The notes under the pieces: generated by a model | What the model was told of the DNA's origin: nothing | The model's input: the letters and a program-made list of their open reading frames with translations, nothing else | Database searches by the model: none | Part shown: piece after piece, positions 12,286 through 23,914 of the stretch | Position numbering within the stretch: the first letter of the stretch is position 1 | How the letters are laid out: the number at the start of each line of letters is the position of its first letter | Program-made: the position numbers and the translations under genes | Assembly: GCA_030604855.1 (NCBI GenBank) | Contig: JAUVVC010000004.1 | Span: 150,001-182,000, forward strand | DNA from: Erysipelotrichaceae bacterium | GTDB taxonomy: Bacteria; Bacillota_I; Bacilli_A; Erysipelotrichales; Erysipelotrichaceae | Direction: 5' to 3' | DNA: 32,000 nucleotides

Positions 12286-13146
12286 ATGGCTCAAAATAAA
12301 GTAGCGTTAAAAAGAAGAATCCGTTCGGTTCGAGCAACCAAGAAGATCACCAGTGCGATGGAACTCATCGCTACAAGCAAGCTTCAACGGATGAAACATA
12401 AAATGGAGATGTATCGCACCTATGCGAACACACTTTTCCATACTTTTCATCGTGTACTTGATAACGCCAATGTTTTGGATGTCCCTTATCTCAGCAAACG
12501 CGAAGGTAAGATTCTTACGGTCATCTTTGTTTCAGATATGGGTTTATGTGGGGGATACAATTCAAACATCCTGCATAAGATCAAGGCTGAAATCCCGAAA
12601 GAGAATCCAATATTTGTGATTGGTTCCAGTGATCGATCCTGGTTCAGACATGAAGGTTACACCTTGTTTGGTGAAATCTACAATGGGGATAACCTATCAT
12701 ATGGCCATATCTCTCGAGAAGCGGATCGCATGATTCAGGCATATCATGATAATGAGATTGCGGGGATTCAGGTGCTCTACACACGCTTTGTCAATACACT
12801 CACTTTTGAGCCAAGCATCATGACCTTATTGCCGATCGTGGCAGATCAAAAGCCACAAAACATCGGTGACCATGAATCAGAACACTTGACTCAGGATATC
12901 ATTTTTGAACCCGATGCGATTACTTTGATCGATCAATTGGTTCCCATGTATGTTCAATCCTTGATGTATAGTTTATGGTTGGAATCGAAAACAAGTGAGC
13001 AGGCCGCACGTCGTATGGCTATGGATAATGCGACGGACAATGCGGAAGAACTCATTGATGATCTTGTATTGAAGTACAATCAGTCTCGACAAGCTGCGAT
13101 AACCCAGGAAATAACGGAAATTGTCGCTGGTGCAGAAGCACTCTAG
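12286..13146 (+). CDS. atpG: F0F1 ATP synthase subunit gamma
   Basis: 286 aa. N-terminal IRSVRATKKITSAMELIA and C-terminal ITQEITEIVAGAEAL. Confidence 0.95.
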   Translation: MAQNKVALKRRIRSVRATKKITSAMELIATSKLQRMKHKMEMYRTYANTLFHTFHRVLDNANVLDVPYLSKREGKILTVIFVSDMGLCGGYNSNILHKIKAEIPKENPIFVIGSSDRSWFRHEGYTLFGEIYNGDNLSYGHISREADRMIQAYHDNEIAGIQVLYTRFVNTLTFEPSIMTLLPIVADQKPQNIGDHESEHLTQDIIFEPDAITLIDQLVPMYVQSLMYSLWLESKTSEQAARRMAMDNATDNAEELIDDLVLKYNQSRQAAITQEITEIVAGAEAL

Positions 13147-14553
<1,407 letters not shown>

Positions 14554-14554
14554 C

Positions 14555-14947
14555 ATGTTTACTGTCAAGATTGTGACGCCGGATGCGCCGATACGGACAT
14601 TCGAAACCACACAACTGAATATTGTGACACCTCAAGGGGAAATGGGACTTTTAAGTAACCACATGCCTTTGGTCACGATGTTGAATATTTCCATCATGTC
14701 TGCCGATCACAAGGGTGAACGTGAACGCTATACGGTAGCGGGCGGTGTATTGTTCTTCAAAAACAACGAAGCAACCATTATGTCCGATGCGGTTGAACAT
14801 GAAGGTGAAATCGACTTTGCGCGTGCTGAACATGCGAAGAAACGGGCTGAGGAACAACTTAAATCAAAGGATCCGGATATTGATGCGAAGCGTGCGCAGA
14901 TTGCGTTGTTGAAAGCATTGAATCGAATAGGCCTTGGTGGTCAATAA
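14555..14947 (+). CDS. atpC: F0F1 ATP synthase subunit epsilon
   Basis: 130 aa with a beta-sandwich N-terminus and helical C-terminus. Last gene of the operon. Confidence 0.9.
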   Translation: MFTVKIVTPDAPIRTFETTQLNIVTPQGEMGLLSNHMPLVTMLNISIMSADHKGERERYTVAGGVLFFKNNEATIMSDAVEHEGEIDFARAEHAKKRAEEQLKSKDPDIDAKRAQIALLKALNRIGLGGQ

Positions 14948-14949
14948 AA

Positions 14950-15144
14950 ATGAATCCTTATATTCGATTAGCACTCTACTTTGTGAATTTCGCAGTCAGC
15001 ATGTATGGTTTGAGTGCAATCAACTTTAATAAACTTGTTTATCCAAGTAAATCAATGCAGGCACAGGTTCTTCTGATTCTTTGTGCGATGGCGTTATCCT
15101 ATTTAGCGACACAGTTCTTGCTGAGCCTTGATTTATCTTTCTAG
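14950..15144 (+). CDS. Small two-TM membrane protein, DUF1146-like
   Basis: 64 aa and hydrophobic, lying 2 nt after atpC. From memory, B. subtilis ywzB occupies the same position. Family assignment not verified. Confidence 0.5.
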   Translation: MNPYIRLALYFVNFAVSMYGLSAINFNKLVYPSKSMQAQVLLILCAMALSYLATQFLLSLDLSF

Positions 15145-15160
15145 TCTTTTAAATTCTTTG

Positions 15161-15169
15161 TGCTATAAT
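15161..15169 (+). promoter_or_regulatory. Candidate extended -10 promoter for mreB/mbl
   Basis: TGCTATAAT (TGn + TATAAT). No good -35 element. Confidence 0.4.
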
Positions 15170-15197
15170 GGGTATGCTTATCGAGATGGAGGTATTT

Positions 15198-16187
15198 ATG
15201 GCGTTTTCAAAAGCAGTCGGTATCGATTTAGGTACCGCAAATGTATTGATTTATGTAAAAGGTGAAGGCATCGTTTTGGATGAGCCTTCTGTTGTTGCGA
15301 TTGAAACTGAAACACGGAAATGTTTAGCGGTCGGTTCTGACGCAAAAGATATGTTGGGACGTACACCAGGTCGTATCCAAGCGATTCGTCCTTTAAAAGA
15401 TGGTGTCATTGCGGACTTTGAAGTCACTGAAATGATGCTCAACTATTTCATCAAGAAATTAAAGTTAAAAGGCATGTTTTCACGTCCTACGATTTTGATC
15501 TGCTGTCCTTCAAACATCACTTCGGTTGAACGGAATGCGATCCGTGATGCGGCGTATCGTGCTGGAGCGAAACGTGTCTATATTGAAGAGGAACCTAAAG
15601 TTGCGGCAATCGGAGCTGGTTTGGACATTGCGAAGCCTACAGGAAACATGGTTTTGGACATCGGTGGGGGAACCACAGATGTGGCAATCCTATCTTTGGG
15701 TGAAATCGTAACTTCATCTTCATTGAAAATCGCAGGGGATCGTATGGATAAAGACATCATCAAGTATGTTAAAGAAACCTACAAGCTTCTGATTGGTGAT
15801 CGTACTGCAGAAGAAATGAAGAAACGGATCGGAACCGCATGGAGAGGATCCCGTAAAGATTCAATGGAAGTAAGTGGTCGTGACTTGGTTACGGGTTTAC
15901 CCCACACCATCACCATGACTTCTGATGAAACAGAAACCGCAATTCACGAAAGTCTCCAAGACATCGTGCGTGCATGTCGTACTGTACTTGAGCAAACCCC
16001 GCCTGAATTGTCAGCGGATATCGTTACACGCGGTATCGTCTTGACGGGTGGTGGAGCCTTGCTTCATGGCATGGATCAATTGCTCATGAATGAATTGGGC
16101 ATTCCTGTCTACGTGGCGGAAAATGCATTGAAGTGTGTTGCCGAAGGTACTGGCATCATGCTTGAAAACTTACATTTGGTCGGCTAA
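15198..16187 (+). CDS. mreB: Rod-shape-determining actin homologue (MreB/Mbl family)
   Basis: GIDLGTANV and DIGGGTTD phosphate-binding motifs. The ATG at 15198 has GGAGG 7 nt upstream. The ORF-track start at 15168 sits inside the TATAAT box. No mreCD adjacent. Confidence 0.92.
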   Translation: MAFSKAVGIDLGTANVLIYVKGEGIVLDEPSVVAIETETRKCLAVGSDAKDMLGRTPGRIQAIRPLKDGVIADFEVTEMMLNYFIKKLKLKGMFSRPTILICCPSNITSVERNAIRDAAYRAGAKRVYIEEEPKVAAIGAGLDIAKPTGNMVLDIGGGTTDVAILSLGEIVTSSSLKIAGDRMDKDIIKYVKETYKLLIGDRTAEEMKKRIGTAWRGSRKDSMEVSGRDLVTGLPHTITMTSDETETAIHESLQDIVRACRTVLEQTPPELSADIVTRGIVLTGGGALLHGMDQLLMNELGIPVYVAENALKCVAEGTGIMLENLHLVG

Positions 16188-16219
16188 GAGAATCTTTGAA
16201 AAAAGATTCTTTTTCTTTT
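16188..16219 (+). terminator. Intrinsic terminator after mreB/mbl
   Basis: Stem AGAATCTT/AAGATTCT with an A-rich loop, followed by TTTTTCTTTT. Confidence 0.7.
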
Positions 16220-16264
16220 AGGAGAAAAGCAAATGTTTGCGTATCTATAAGTGGAGGACCATTT

Positions 16265-16819
16265 ATGGACAATTTCTATTCAGAACTTATACACGCGAGC
16301 AGTGAAGGGCATACCGATAGTGAAGAATATGTGGAGGAGACCCTATATCGATTCAAATCGTTTGTCTCAAAGCTGAATCCAAAAGAAGTGATCAAGATGA
16401 TGTTGAGCACGCAGAATTATATGACGCGACATGCATGGCGGGTGGATGAACGCCATGATGTAAAAGTTGGGGATGTGTGCTACATCGATTATGGCCAAGC
16501 TTATCTCAATGAAGCGGGGTACCAACACTTCGGCTTGATCGTTTCAAGAATCAATGGAAAAGTATTGACGATTCCGATGACTTCCAATCCAAGCACCTAT
16601 TCGGAAGCTTTTCATCCAAAGACCAATCCCAAAGGGAAACGCCATCTCATGCCATTTGGTCAACGCTGTGGACTACATAAACCTTCGGTACTCTTTTTAA
16701 ATGATGCGAAGTTCATCAATCCCAATCGTGTGATCAATGTCATTGGGCATCTTGATGCCCAACACGAAGACTTGATGCACATCCGTAAGATCTTAGCGAC
16801 TTGCCTATTTAAAGACTAG
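16265..16819 (+). CDS. Hypothetical protein whose C-terminal ~115 aa resemble a PemK/MazF-type fold, with an acidic N-terminal extension
   Basis: The ATG at 16265 has GGAGG upstream, and the ORF-track start at 16196 lies inside the terminator. MazF-like pattern: VKVGDVCYIDYG...FGLIVSR...LTIPMTSNP...GLHKPSVLFLNDAKFINPNRV. The coding call is solid; the family call rests on motif recognition only. Confidence 0.5.
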   Translation: MDNFYSELIHASSEGHTDSEEYVEETLYRFKSFVSKLNPKEVIKMMLSTQNYMTRHAWRVDERHDVKVGDVCYIDYGQAYLNEAGYQHFGLIVSRINGKVLTIPMTSNPSTYSEAFHPKTNPKGKRHLMPFGQRCGLHKPSVLFLNDAKFINPNRVINVIGHLDAQHEDLMHIRKILATCLFKD

Positions 16820-16843
16820 GTGGACTGAAGTATACTGTTTACG

Positions 16844-18052
16844 ATGACAGTCTTAAAGGAATATCGCAATCAAAAATGGGTTCTTGCCGTATCAGGAGGA
16901 CCCGATTCCATGGCCTTGCTTGATTTATGCTTCAAGCAAGGCATGGCTTTTGAGGTCGTTCATGTCAATTATCATAAACGTGATACCGCAGATCGTGACC
17001 AAAAACTTGTGGAAAGCTACTGTAATGAACGAGCGATTCCGTGCCATGTGTTTCATGCCCCTGTTTTAGAAGGTAATTTTCAGATGGCCGCGCGTGAATT
17101 CCGTTATGAGAAGTGTCGATCTGTCATACTTTCTTCACATGCGGATGGTATGATGGTGGCTCATCACAAAGATGATGATCTGGAGACGTATCTATTTCAG
17201 AAGCAGCGCAATTCTTGTGTGACATGGTATGGACTCAAGCAAGAAATTGAGATGAAGGGGGTACGCTTGGTTCGGCCACTTTTGTCCTTAAGTAAAAAAG
17301 AATTGATTGATTATTGTGCTATGAACCATGTCCCATATGGAATGGATGAGAGTAATCTTAATCCAGTTTATACACGTAATCGTATTCGTTCTCATATTGA
17401 GAATTTAAGCGTAGTGCAGATTGATCTGCTTCACATTGAGAAGAATGAGCGTAATCGAGAACGTGAAGCTTATTTGAATCGCTTTGCTTCAAAACTCGCT
17501 AACAGTTCTCTCTCTGAAGTGGAATATGAAAGTTTGAGTCAAGAATGGTCCTTTTTCCTGATGTATTGGTTGATTCAACATGGAGCTAAGAAGGCGTTAT
17601 CCAAGGCGTATCTTGATGAACTGGATCGTCAATTAAGGACGGCTTATAGCGTTGTACATCCATTGAGTGATCGTCTTCGTTTGATTAAACAGTATGAAGT
17701 GATCCGACTCGTCCCTCAAACAGAGGACTATACGATACGAGTCGAACGTAACCAAAGGATACTTCAGCCCATTCGATTCCAATATGAACGGTTTGAAGAC
17801 AGCCAGCGGTTCGTGTGCCAAACATCCGACTTTCCATTGGTGATTCGTAATTATAAACAAGTTGTGAATCAACTTGATCCCAATATTCGTCGTTCGTGTC
17901 AACGTTGGTTCATCAAACACAAAATCCCTTTGGAACAACGTGAAAGCTGGCCACTTGTATTTAATACATTAAATGAGTTAATATACATATCACATCATAA
18001 ACAACAACTTGGTGTTTCAACTGACACAATTGAATGTTATATGATAAAATAA
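16844..18052 (+). CDS. tilS: tRNA(Ile)-lysidine synthase
   Basis: PP-loop motif AVSGGPDSMALL. 402 aa. tilS-hpt-ftsH synteny. Confidence 0.9.
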   Translation: MTVLKEYRNQKWVLAVSGGPDSMALLDLCFKQGMAFEVVHVNYHKRDTADRDQKLVESYCNERAIPCHVFHAPVLEGNFQMAAREFRYEKCRSVILSSHADGMMVAHHKDDDLETYLFQKQRNSCVTWYGLKQEIEMKGVRLVRPLLSLSKKELIDYCAMNHVPYGMDESNLNPVYTRNRIRSHIENLSVVQIDLLHIEKNERNREREAYLNRFASKLANSSLSEVEYESLSQEWSFFLMYWLIQHGAKKALSKAYLDELDRQLRTAYSVVHPLSDRLRLIKQYEVIRLVPQTEDYTIRVERNQRILQPIRFQYERFEDSQRFVCQTSDFPLVIRNYKQVVNQLDPNIRRSCQRWFIKHKIPLEQRESWPLVFNTLNELIYISHHKQQLGVSTDTIECYMIK

Positions 18053-18071
18053 GCGTATTGTGGAGGCATTT

Positions 18072-18611
18072 ATGCATAAAGACGTAAAAAAAATACTTGT
18101 AACAGAAGAAGAAATTGAACAGCGCTGCAAAGAATTAGGCGCTCAGATCACACAGGATTACAAAGAATTGAATGAGATTCCAATCTTGATTGCCCTCTTA
18201 AAAGGTTCAGTCCCTTTTTTGGCAAAGCTCATGAAATATATTGAACTCGATGTGGAAATCGATTTTATGGACGTGTCCAGTTATGAAGGCACGGAATCCA
18301 TTGGTGATGTCCGTATCATTAAAGATTTGGATCGATCGATCAAAGGGGAATCAATTCTCTTAGTAGAAGATATTGTGGACACAGGAAGAACTTTGAATTC
18401 AGTCAAGGAACTTTTAGAAAACAAAGGTTGCGATCGCATGCGCATCGTTAGTCTGTTGGACAAACCATCCCGTCGTGTCGTTCAGGTTGATGCGGATTAT
18501 GTAGGATTCACCATTCCAAACGAATTCGTTATCGGTTTCGGTTTGGATTTCGATGAGAAATATCGTAATCTACCGTATGTCGGTGTTTTAAAAGATGAAT
18601 GTTATCAATAA
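18072..18611 (+). CDS. hpt: Hypoxanthine-guanine phosphoribosyltransferase
   Basis: PRPP motif LLVEDIVDTGRTL and FMDVSSYEG. I prefer the ATG at 18072 (GGAGG upstream) over the GTG at 18060. Confidence 0.93.
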   Translation: MHKDVKKILVTEEEIEQRCKELGAQITQDYKELNEIPILIALLKGSVPFLAKLMKYIELDVEIDFMDVSSYEGTESIGDVRIIKDLDRSIKGESILLVEDIVDTGRTLNSVKELLENKGCDRMRIVSLLDKPSRRVVQVDADYVGFTIPNEFVIGFGLDFDEKYRNLPYVGVLKDECYQ

Positions 18612-18628
18612 AAGGAGTGTATCATTGA

Positions 18629-20476
18629 ATGAAAAACAATAAACAACTCGCTGCACTGATCCCATATTTATTTGTGATGCTTGCAGTCATGAGTTTAATG
18701 TTTATGAATTTCAATACCACCGATACGAAGATTTCGTATCAGCAGTATGTGGAATTGTTAAACAAGAATCAAGTGGATAGCAGTAATGTGACCATCAGTG
18801 AAGTGGTATTGAAGATTGAAGGTATTTACACCGATTCCAAAGGTGTTGCGGTTCCTTACAGTCTGAATGTGCCGAACACGGAACTTCAAACAAACACGAT
18901 CATCGATCTTGTCAATGCGAAGAGCGATGAAGTCGTTATCATCGATGCGTATGAGACGAATCCATTCTGGGATTTGGTGTCGAGCATCTTACCGCTTTTG
19001 ATCTTTGGATTTTTCGCCTTCTTCATGTTATCGAGAATGAACGGTGGTGGAAACAACAAGGCTTTTGAGTTCGGGCGTTCGAAAGCGAAGCTCGAGGGCG
19101 GCGTTAAGGTTCGTTTTGATGATGTCGCGGGTTGTGATGAAGAGAAAGAAGAAATGCAGGAACTCATTGAGTACCTGAAGAATCCTAAGAAATTTGCCAA
19201 AATGGGTGCCCGCATTCCAAAAGGGGTCCTGTTGGTAGGTTCCCCTGGTACCGGTAAGACCTTATTGGCTAAAGCGGTGGCAGGAGAAGCCGAAGTGCCT
19301 TTCTATTCAATCTCAGGTTCTGACTTTGTCGAAATGTTCGTCGGGGTTGGGGCGAGTCGTGTCCGTGACATGTTCAAAAAAGCGCAAGCAACTGCACCGT
19401 GTATCATCTTTATCGATGAAATTGATGCTGTTGGTCGTCAACGTGGTACAGGACTTGGGGGTGGACATGATGAACGTGAACAAACCCTCAATCAACTTTT
19501 AGTTGAAATGGATGGAATCACGGACAATTCGGGTGTCGTCATCGTAGCCGCAACCAACCGTCCGGACGTCTTGGATCCAGCTTTGTTGCGTCCAGGTCGT
19601 TTCGATCGTCAGATCACCGTCAGCTTACCAGATCGTCGTGGACGTACAGCGATTTTGAAGGTCCATGCACGTAATAAAAAATTGGATGCATCGGTCGATT
19701 TAGAAGCCTTAGCCAATCGTACACCAGGTTTCAGTGGTGCGGATTTGGAAAATGTATTAAATGAAGCTGCGATATTAGCGGTTCGTGAAAATGTGGAAGT
19801 CATCAGTATGCATCACTTAGATGAAGCCATTGACCGTGTCATTGGGGGTCCTGCTAAGAAATCAAAGATTTACAGCGATCGCGAAAAACGCTTGGTTGCT
19901 TATCATGAAGTGGGTCACACCATCATTGGTTTGAAACTTGAATCCTCGGATATGGTTCAAAAAGTAACCATCATCCCACGAGGACAAGCAGGTGGATATA
20001 ACTTAATGACACCACGTGAAGAGAAGTTCATGCTTACGAAGACCGATCTTCAAGCGAAGATCACCGGTTTATTGGGTGGTCGTGTTGCGGAAGACATCGT
20101 TTTCAATGAAATTTCAACCGGTGCTTCGCAAGACATCGAACGTGCGACAAAGATTGCACGTGAGATGGTCATGTCGTATGGTATGAGTGACTTGGGTCCG
20201 ATTCAATACGAACACAGTGGCGGTAATGTCTTCTTAGGTCGAGACTACAGCAATTCCTCCAACTATTCAGGTCAGATTGCGTTTGAAATCGACAAAGAAG
20301 TACGTCGCATCATCGATGAATGTTATGATCATGCGAAACGTTTGATACAAGAGAACCGTCCATTGATGGATCAGATTGTGGACGCTTTGCTTGAGAATGA
20401 AACTTTAACTGCTGAAAATATTCAGAATATTGTGGAAGGCAGAGCATACAACGATACTCCTGTCATTGGAGCTTAA
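18629..20476 (+). CDS. ftsH: ATP-dependent zinc metalloprotease FtsH
   Basis: Two N-terminal TM segments, Walker A GSPGTGKT, the SRH region, and Zn motif HEVGH. Confidence 0.97.
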   Translation: MKNNKQLAALIPYLFVMLAVMSLMFMNFNTTDTKISYQQYVELLNKNQVDSSNVTISEVVLKIEGIYTDSKGVAVPYSLNVPNTELQTNTIIDLVNAKSDEVVIIDAYETNPFWDLVSSILPLLIFGFFAFFMLSRMNGGGNNKAFEFGRSKAKLEGGVKVRFDDVAGCDEEKEEMQELIEYLKNPKKFAKMGARIPKGVLLVGSPGTGKTLLAKAVAGEAEVPFYSISGSDFVEMFVGVGASRVRDMFKKAQATAPCIIFIDEIDAVGRQRGTGLGGGHDEREQTLNQLLVEMDGITDNSGVVIVAATNRPDVLDPALLRPGRFDRQITVSLPDRRGRTAILKVHARNKKLDASVDLEALANRTPGFSGADLENVLNEAAILAVRENVEVISMHHLDEAIDRVIGGPAKKSKIYSDREKRLVAYHEVGHTIIGLKLESSDMVQKVTIIPRGQAGGYNLMTPREEKFMLTKTDLQAKITGLLGGRVAEDIVFNEISTGASQDIERATKIAREMVMSYGMSDLGPIQYEHSGGNVFLGRDYSNSSNYSGQIAFEIDKEVRRIIDECYDHAKRLIQENRPLMDQIVDALLENETLTAENIQNIVEGRAYNDTPVIGA

Positions 20477-20498
20477 CCCCTGATCACAGGGGTTTTTT
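20475..20498 (+). terminator. Intrinsic terminator after ftsH
   Basis: Stem AACCCCTG/CAGGGGTT with loop ATCA, followed by TTTTTT. Confidence 0.8.
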
Positions 20499-20515
20499 GA
20501 CGAAAGGAAGTTACC

Positions 20516-21385
20516 ATGGATACATTAATCAAAGGTTTGGCACATCAAGGTGCGATCCGTATCATCGTCGTGGACAGTACAGAGACCGTTCGTGAGGCGA
20601 GTGAACGACACCAAACCTATCCCACCGCATCAGCCGCATTGGGTCGTACTTTAACGATGAGTGCGATTCTAGGTTCGATGTTAAAGTCGGAAAAAGAGAA
20701 AGTCATGATTCAAATCAACGGGGGTGGACCGCTAGGTACCATTCTTGCGGATGGCAATAGTTTTTGTGATGTTCGCGGTTTTGTCGCAAATCCAGAAGTT
20801 CAAATCATCAATGAGAAGACGAAGAAATTGGATGTCGGGGCAGCAGTTGGGACGGATGGTACTTTACGTGTCATCAAGGATCTAAGTCTTAAGGACGATT
20901 TCACAGGTACCGTTAAACTCCAAACAGGAGAGATTGCCGAGGACTTCGCGTATTACTTCACCTTAAGTGAGCAGACTCCTTCGGCAGTTTCTTTGGGTGT
21001 TTTGGTTGGTGAAGACAACAAAGTCATTTCAGCAGGGGGTATTCTCATTCAAATGATGCCTTTTGCCAGTGAAGCCGATATCATGATTGCGGAAGATGTG
21101 GTCAAACACTTGAAGCCGATATCACAATTGATCCATGAAGGATTCACACCGGAAAGTCTACTCAAGGTTTTGTTTCAAGATGTCCAAATCATGGGCATGA
21201 GTACGGTCAAATTCCAATGCAGCTGCAGTCGTGAGCGTATGTTTGAAGCCTTGAGCACCGTATGTGAAGAAGAGTTGAACATTATGATCCATCAGGATCA
21301 TGGAGCAGAGATGACCTGCCATTTCTGTAATACAAAATATCATTTCAGTGATGACGAGTTAAGATCGATTTTGGTAAAAAATTAA
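20516..21385 (+). CDS. hslO: Redox-regulated chaperone Hsp33
   Basis: 289 aa with the C-terminal Zn/redox switch CSCS...CHFC. Confidence 0.92.
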   Translation: MDTLIKGLAHQGAIRIIVVDSTETVREASERHQTYPTASAALGRTLTMSAILGSMLKSEKEKVMIQINGGGPLGTILADGNSFCDVRGFVANPEVQIINEKTKKLDVGAAVGTDGTLRVIKDLSLKDDFTGTVKLQTGEIAEDFAYYFTLSEQTPSAVSLGVLVGEDNKVISAGGILIQMMPFASEADIMIAEDVVKHLKPISQLIHEGFTPESLLKVLFQDVQIMGMSTVKFQCSCSRERMFEALSTVCEEELNIMIHQDHGAEMTCHFCNTKYHFSDDELRSILVKN

Positions 21386-22362
21386 TGTGGAAGATTAGAG
21401 ACTTAGAATTGAAAAATCAAATCGTCATTGCGCCGATGGCAGGGGTAAGCAACCCTGCTTTTCGTTCGATTGTAAAGAATTATCAACCTGCTTTGATCTA
21501 CAGTGAGATGATTTCGGATAAAGCCATTGTTTATCGAAACATCAAAACAATTGAGATGACGCAAGTGTTGTCAGATGAACATCCCATTGCGCTCCAACTC
21601 TTTGGAGAAGACATCGACTCCATGGTCAAAGCGGCGGTTTATTTAGATCAGAATACCGACTGTGATGTGATTGACATCAATATGGGTTGTCCTGTACCAA
21701 AGATTGTGAAAGGATCGGGGGGTGCTTCTTTAATGAAGACACCGGACCATGCCTTTAAAATCGTAGAATCCATTGTCAAAGAGATAAAGAAACCTCTAAG
21801 CGTCAAAACGCGTTTGGGTTGGGATGAAGCACATCTTAATGTGTTGGAAATGGCAGCAGGACTTGAAAGGGCTGGTGCGAGTGCGATTGCCATTCATGGT
21901 CGTACCCGTGGTGCGATGTACAGTGGTGAAGCGCGCTTTGATTTGATTCGTCAAGTCAAGGCCAATGCGAAGATCCCCATCATTGCCAATGGAGACATCA
22001 CTTCGCTCTTCAAAGCTAAAGAAGTGCTAGACTTTACCAAAGCCGATGCGATCATGATTGGACGTGGAGTCCTTGGTCAACCATGGTTGGTTGAAGAATT
22101 GATCAAGGGGTTAAACAATGAACCTTTTACAATGATCTCCATTCATGAACGCTTTGAGATTGCACGTGCACATGCCCTAAAATTGATCGAATTCAAAGGG
22201 GAAGAAATCGCTTTGAAAGAGATGCGAGGCCATCTAAGTTGGTATCTCAAAGGATTACCCCACAGTCATCGTGTCAAAGAAGGCATCTCAATGATGAAAA
22301 GCTATGTGGAATTTGATAGAATATTAACGGACTATGCCGCAAGCTTAAACCATGCGGAATGA
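21385..22362 (+). CDS. dusB: tRNA-dihydrouridine synthase
   Basis: Dus family TIM barrel: [22 protein letters not shown]. Start overlaps the hslO stop (TAATG). Confidence 0.9.
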   Translation: MWKIRDLELKNQIVIAPMAGVSNPAFRSIVKNYQPALIYSEMISDKAIVYRNIKTIEMTQVLSDEHPIALQLFGEDIDSMVKAAVYLDQNTDCDVIDINMGCPVPKIVKGSGGASLMKTPDHAFKIVESIVKEIKKPLSVKTRLGWDEAHLNVLEMAAGLERAGASAIAIHGRTRGAMYSGEARFDLIRQVKANAKIPIIANGDITSLFKAKEVLDFTKADAIMIGRGVLGQPWLVEELIKGLNNEPFTMISIHERFEIARAHALKLIEFKGEEIALKEMRGHLSWYLKGLPHSHRVKEGISMMKSYVEFDRILTDYAASLNHAE

Positions 22363-22370
22363 GGAAAAAT

Positions 22371-23861
22371 ATGGATGAATTAAACTTAAACGAATATGAG
22401 CGTGTAAGACGCCAGAAAATGGAAGCACTTCGAGCCAAAGGCATTGAACCGTTTGGATCGGCGTATAAACCGACCCACCACAGTGCGGAGATCTTAACGC
22501 AATACCACGATAAAACGAAAGAAGAACTTTTAGAAATCAATCAAGAGGTCGTGATTGCCGGACGCATCATGACGAAGCGTGAAATGGGTAAAGCCGGTTT
22601 CATGCATCTTTTGGATCGTGATGGTCAGATTCAAGTGTATCTGCGTAAAGATGCGTTGACTGAATTGGAATTTGAAGTCTTTCAAGAAGCCGATCTTGGC
22701 GATATCGTAGGGATTGAAGGAAGCGTCTTCAGAACCAATCATGGTGAGCTTTCCGTCAAAGCGGACAAGTTGGTTCATTTAACCAAAGCACTACGTCCTT
22801 TACCAGATAAATTTCATGGCTTAGCGGATGTGGAAGAGCGCTATCGTCGTCGCTATGTCGATTTGATCGTCAATGAGAATGCACGTCGTGTGGCAATGTT
22901 GAGACCACGCATCATCCGTGCTTTACAACATTATTTTGATGGAATCGGTTTGATCGAAGTGGAAACACCGGTCTTGCATCCGATTCTTGGGGGTGCTGCG
23001 GCACGACCTTTCGTAACTCACCACAACACCTTGGATATGGATTTCTACCTGCGTATCGCTACTGAATTGCCTTTGAAGCGTTTGATCGTAGGTGGAATGG
23101 AAGGTGTCTATGAGATTGGACGTCTCTTTAGAAATGAAGGCATGAGCCCAAAACACAATCCTGAATTCACCACAGTCGAAGCCTATATCGCTTATTCTGA
23201 TATGCAAGGCATGATGGAAGTCATTGAAAACTGCATCGAGTCTGTCGCAATGGAAACCTTGAACACAACGACAATCCCTTGGGCTGAAAAGACCATTGAT
23301 TTGAAGGGTCCGTATCGTAGAGTACACATGGTGGATGCGGTCAATGAAGCTTGTGGCGTCAATTTCTTTGAAATCACCACACTTGATGAGGCTTTGGCCG
23401 TTGCCAAGAAACATCACATTGAAGTTCTCAAGCACCAACAATCCTTCGGTCATATCTTGAATCTCTTTTTCGAACACTATGCGGAAGCGAAGATGATTCA
23501 ACCGACCTTCGTTTATGGTCATCCGATTGAAATCTCACCGCTTGCGAAAAAGAATGCTCAAGATGAACGTTTCACCGATCGTTTTGAACTCTTCATCGAT
23601 GGTCGCGAGTATGCCAATGCATTCTCTGAACTGAATGACCCCATCGATCAACGTGAACGTTTTGAAGCTCAGATGCTGGAAAAAGACTTAGGGAATGATG
23701 AAGCCAATGAAATGGATGTGGATTTCGTTGAGGCTTTGGAATATGGCATGCCTCCAACCGGTGGCTTGGGTATTGGGATCGATCGATTGGTGATGTTGTT
23801 GACGAACAGCGAAACCATTCGTGAAGTCATCCTGTTCCCACACATGCGTAATCGAGAATAA
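22371..23861 (+). CDS. lysS: Lysine--tRNA ligase, class II
   Basis: Class II motifs FRNEG and [12 protein letters not shown], plus an OB-fold N-terminus. I prefer the ATG at 22371 (GAGG 6 nt upstream) over 22359. Confidence 0.95.
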   Translation: MDELNLNEYERVRRQKMEALRAKGIEPFGSAYKPTHHSAEILTQYHDKTKEELLEINQEVVIAGRIMTKREMGKAGFMHLLDRDGQIQVYLRKDALTELEFEVFQEADLGDIVGIEGSVFRTNHGELSVKADKLVHLTKALRPLPDKFHGLADVEERYRRRYVDLIVNENARRVAMLRPRIIRALQHYFDGIGLIEVETPVLHPILGGAAARPFVTHHNTLDMDFYLRIATELPLKRLIVGGMEGVYEIGRLFRNEGMSPKHNPEFTTVEAYIAYSDMQGMMEVIENCIESVAMETLNTTTIPWAEKTIDLKGPYRRVHMVDAVNEACGVNFFEITTLDEALAVAKKHHIEVLKHQQSFGHILNLFFEHYAEAKMIQPTFVYGHPIEISPLAKKNAQDERFTDRFELFIDGREYANAFSELNDPIDQRERFEAQMLEKDLGNDEANEMDVDFVEALEYGMPPTGGLGIGIDRLVMLLTNSETIREVILFPHMRNRE

Positions 23862-23866
23862 GATCT

Positions 23867-23897
23867 AAACCCGATGTGAAATGCATCGGGTTTTATA
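23867..23897 (+). terminator. Intrinsic terminator after lysS
   Basis: 10-bp stem AAACCCGATG/CATCGGGTTT with a 7-nt loop, then TTTAT. It covers the ORF-track start at 23876. Confidence 0.8.
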
Positions 23898-23914
23898 CAT
23901 ATGGAGGGATGGAT

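Noticed and set aside
15168-15197. Upstream-extended starts in the ORF track: 15168, 16196, 18060, 23876, 25131 (minus), 29263 (minus), 3225, 6427 and 22359.
   Set aside because: In each case an internal ATG lies 5-9 nt downstream of a GGAGG-type SD and matches the conserved protein N-terminus. The extended start falls inside a terminator hairpin or promoter box, or uses GTG/TTG without an SD.
22300-22371. T-box or other leader upstream of lysS, and likewise upstream of glyA at about 6400-6442.
   Set aside because: Both genes overlap or abut the preceding CDS (dusB and rpiB), leaving no room for a leader RNA.
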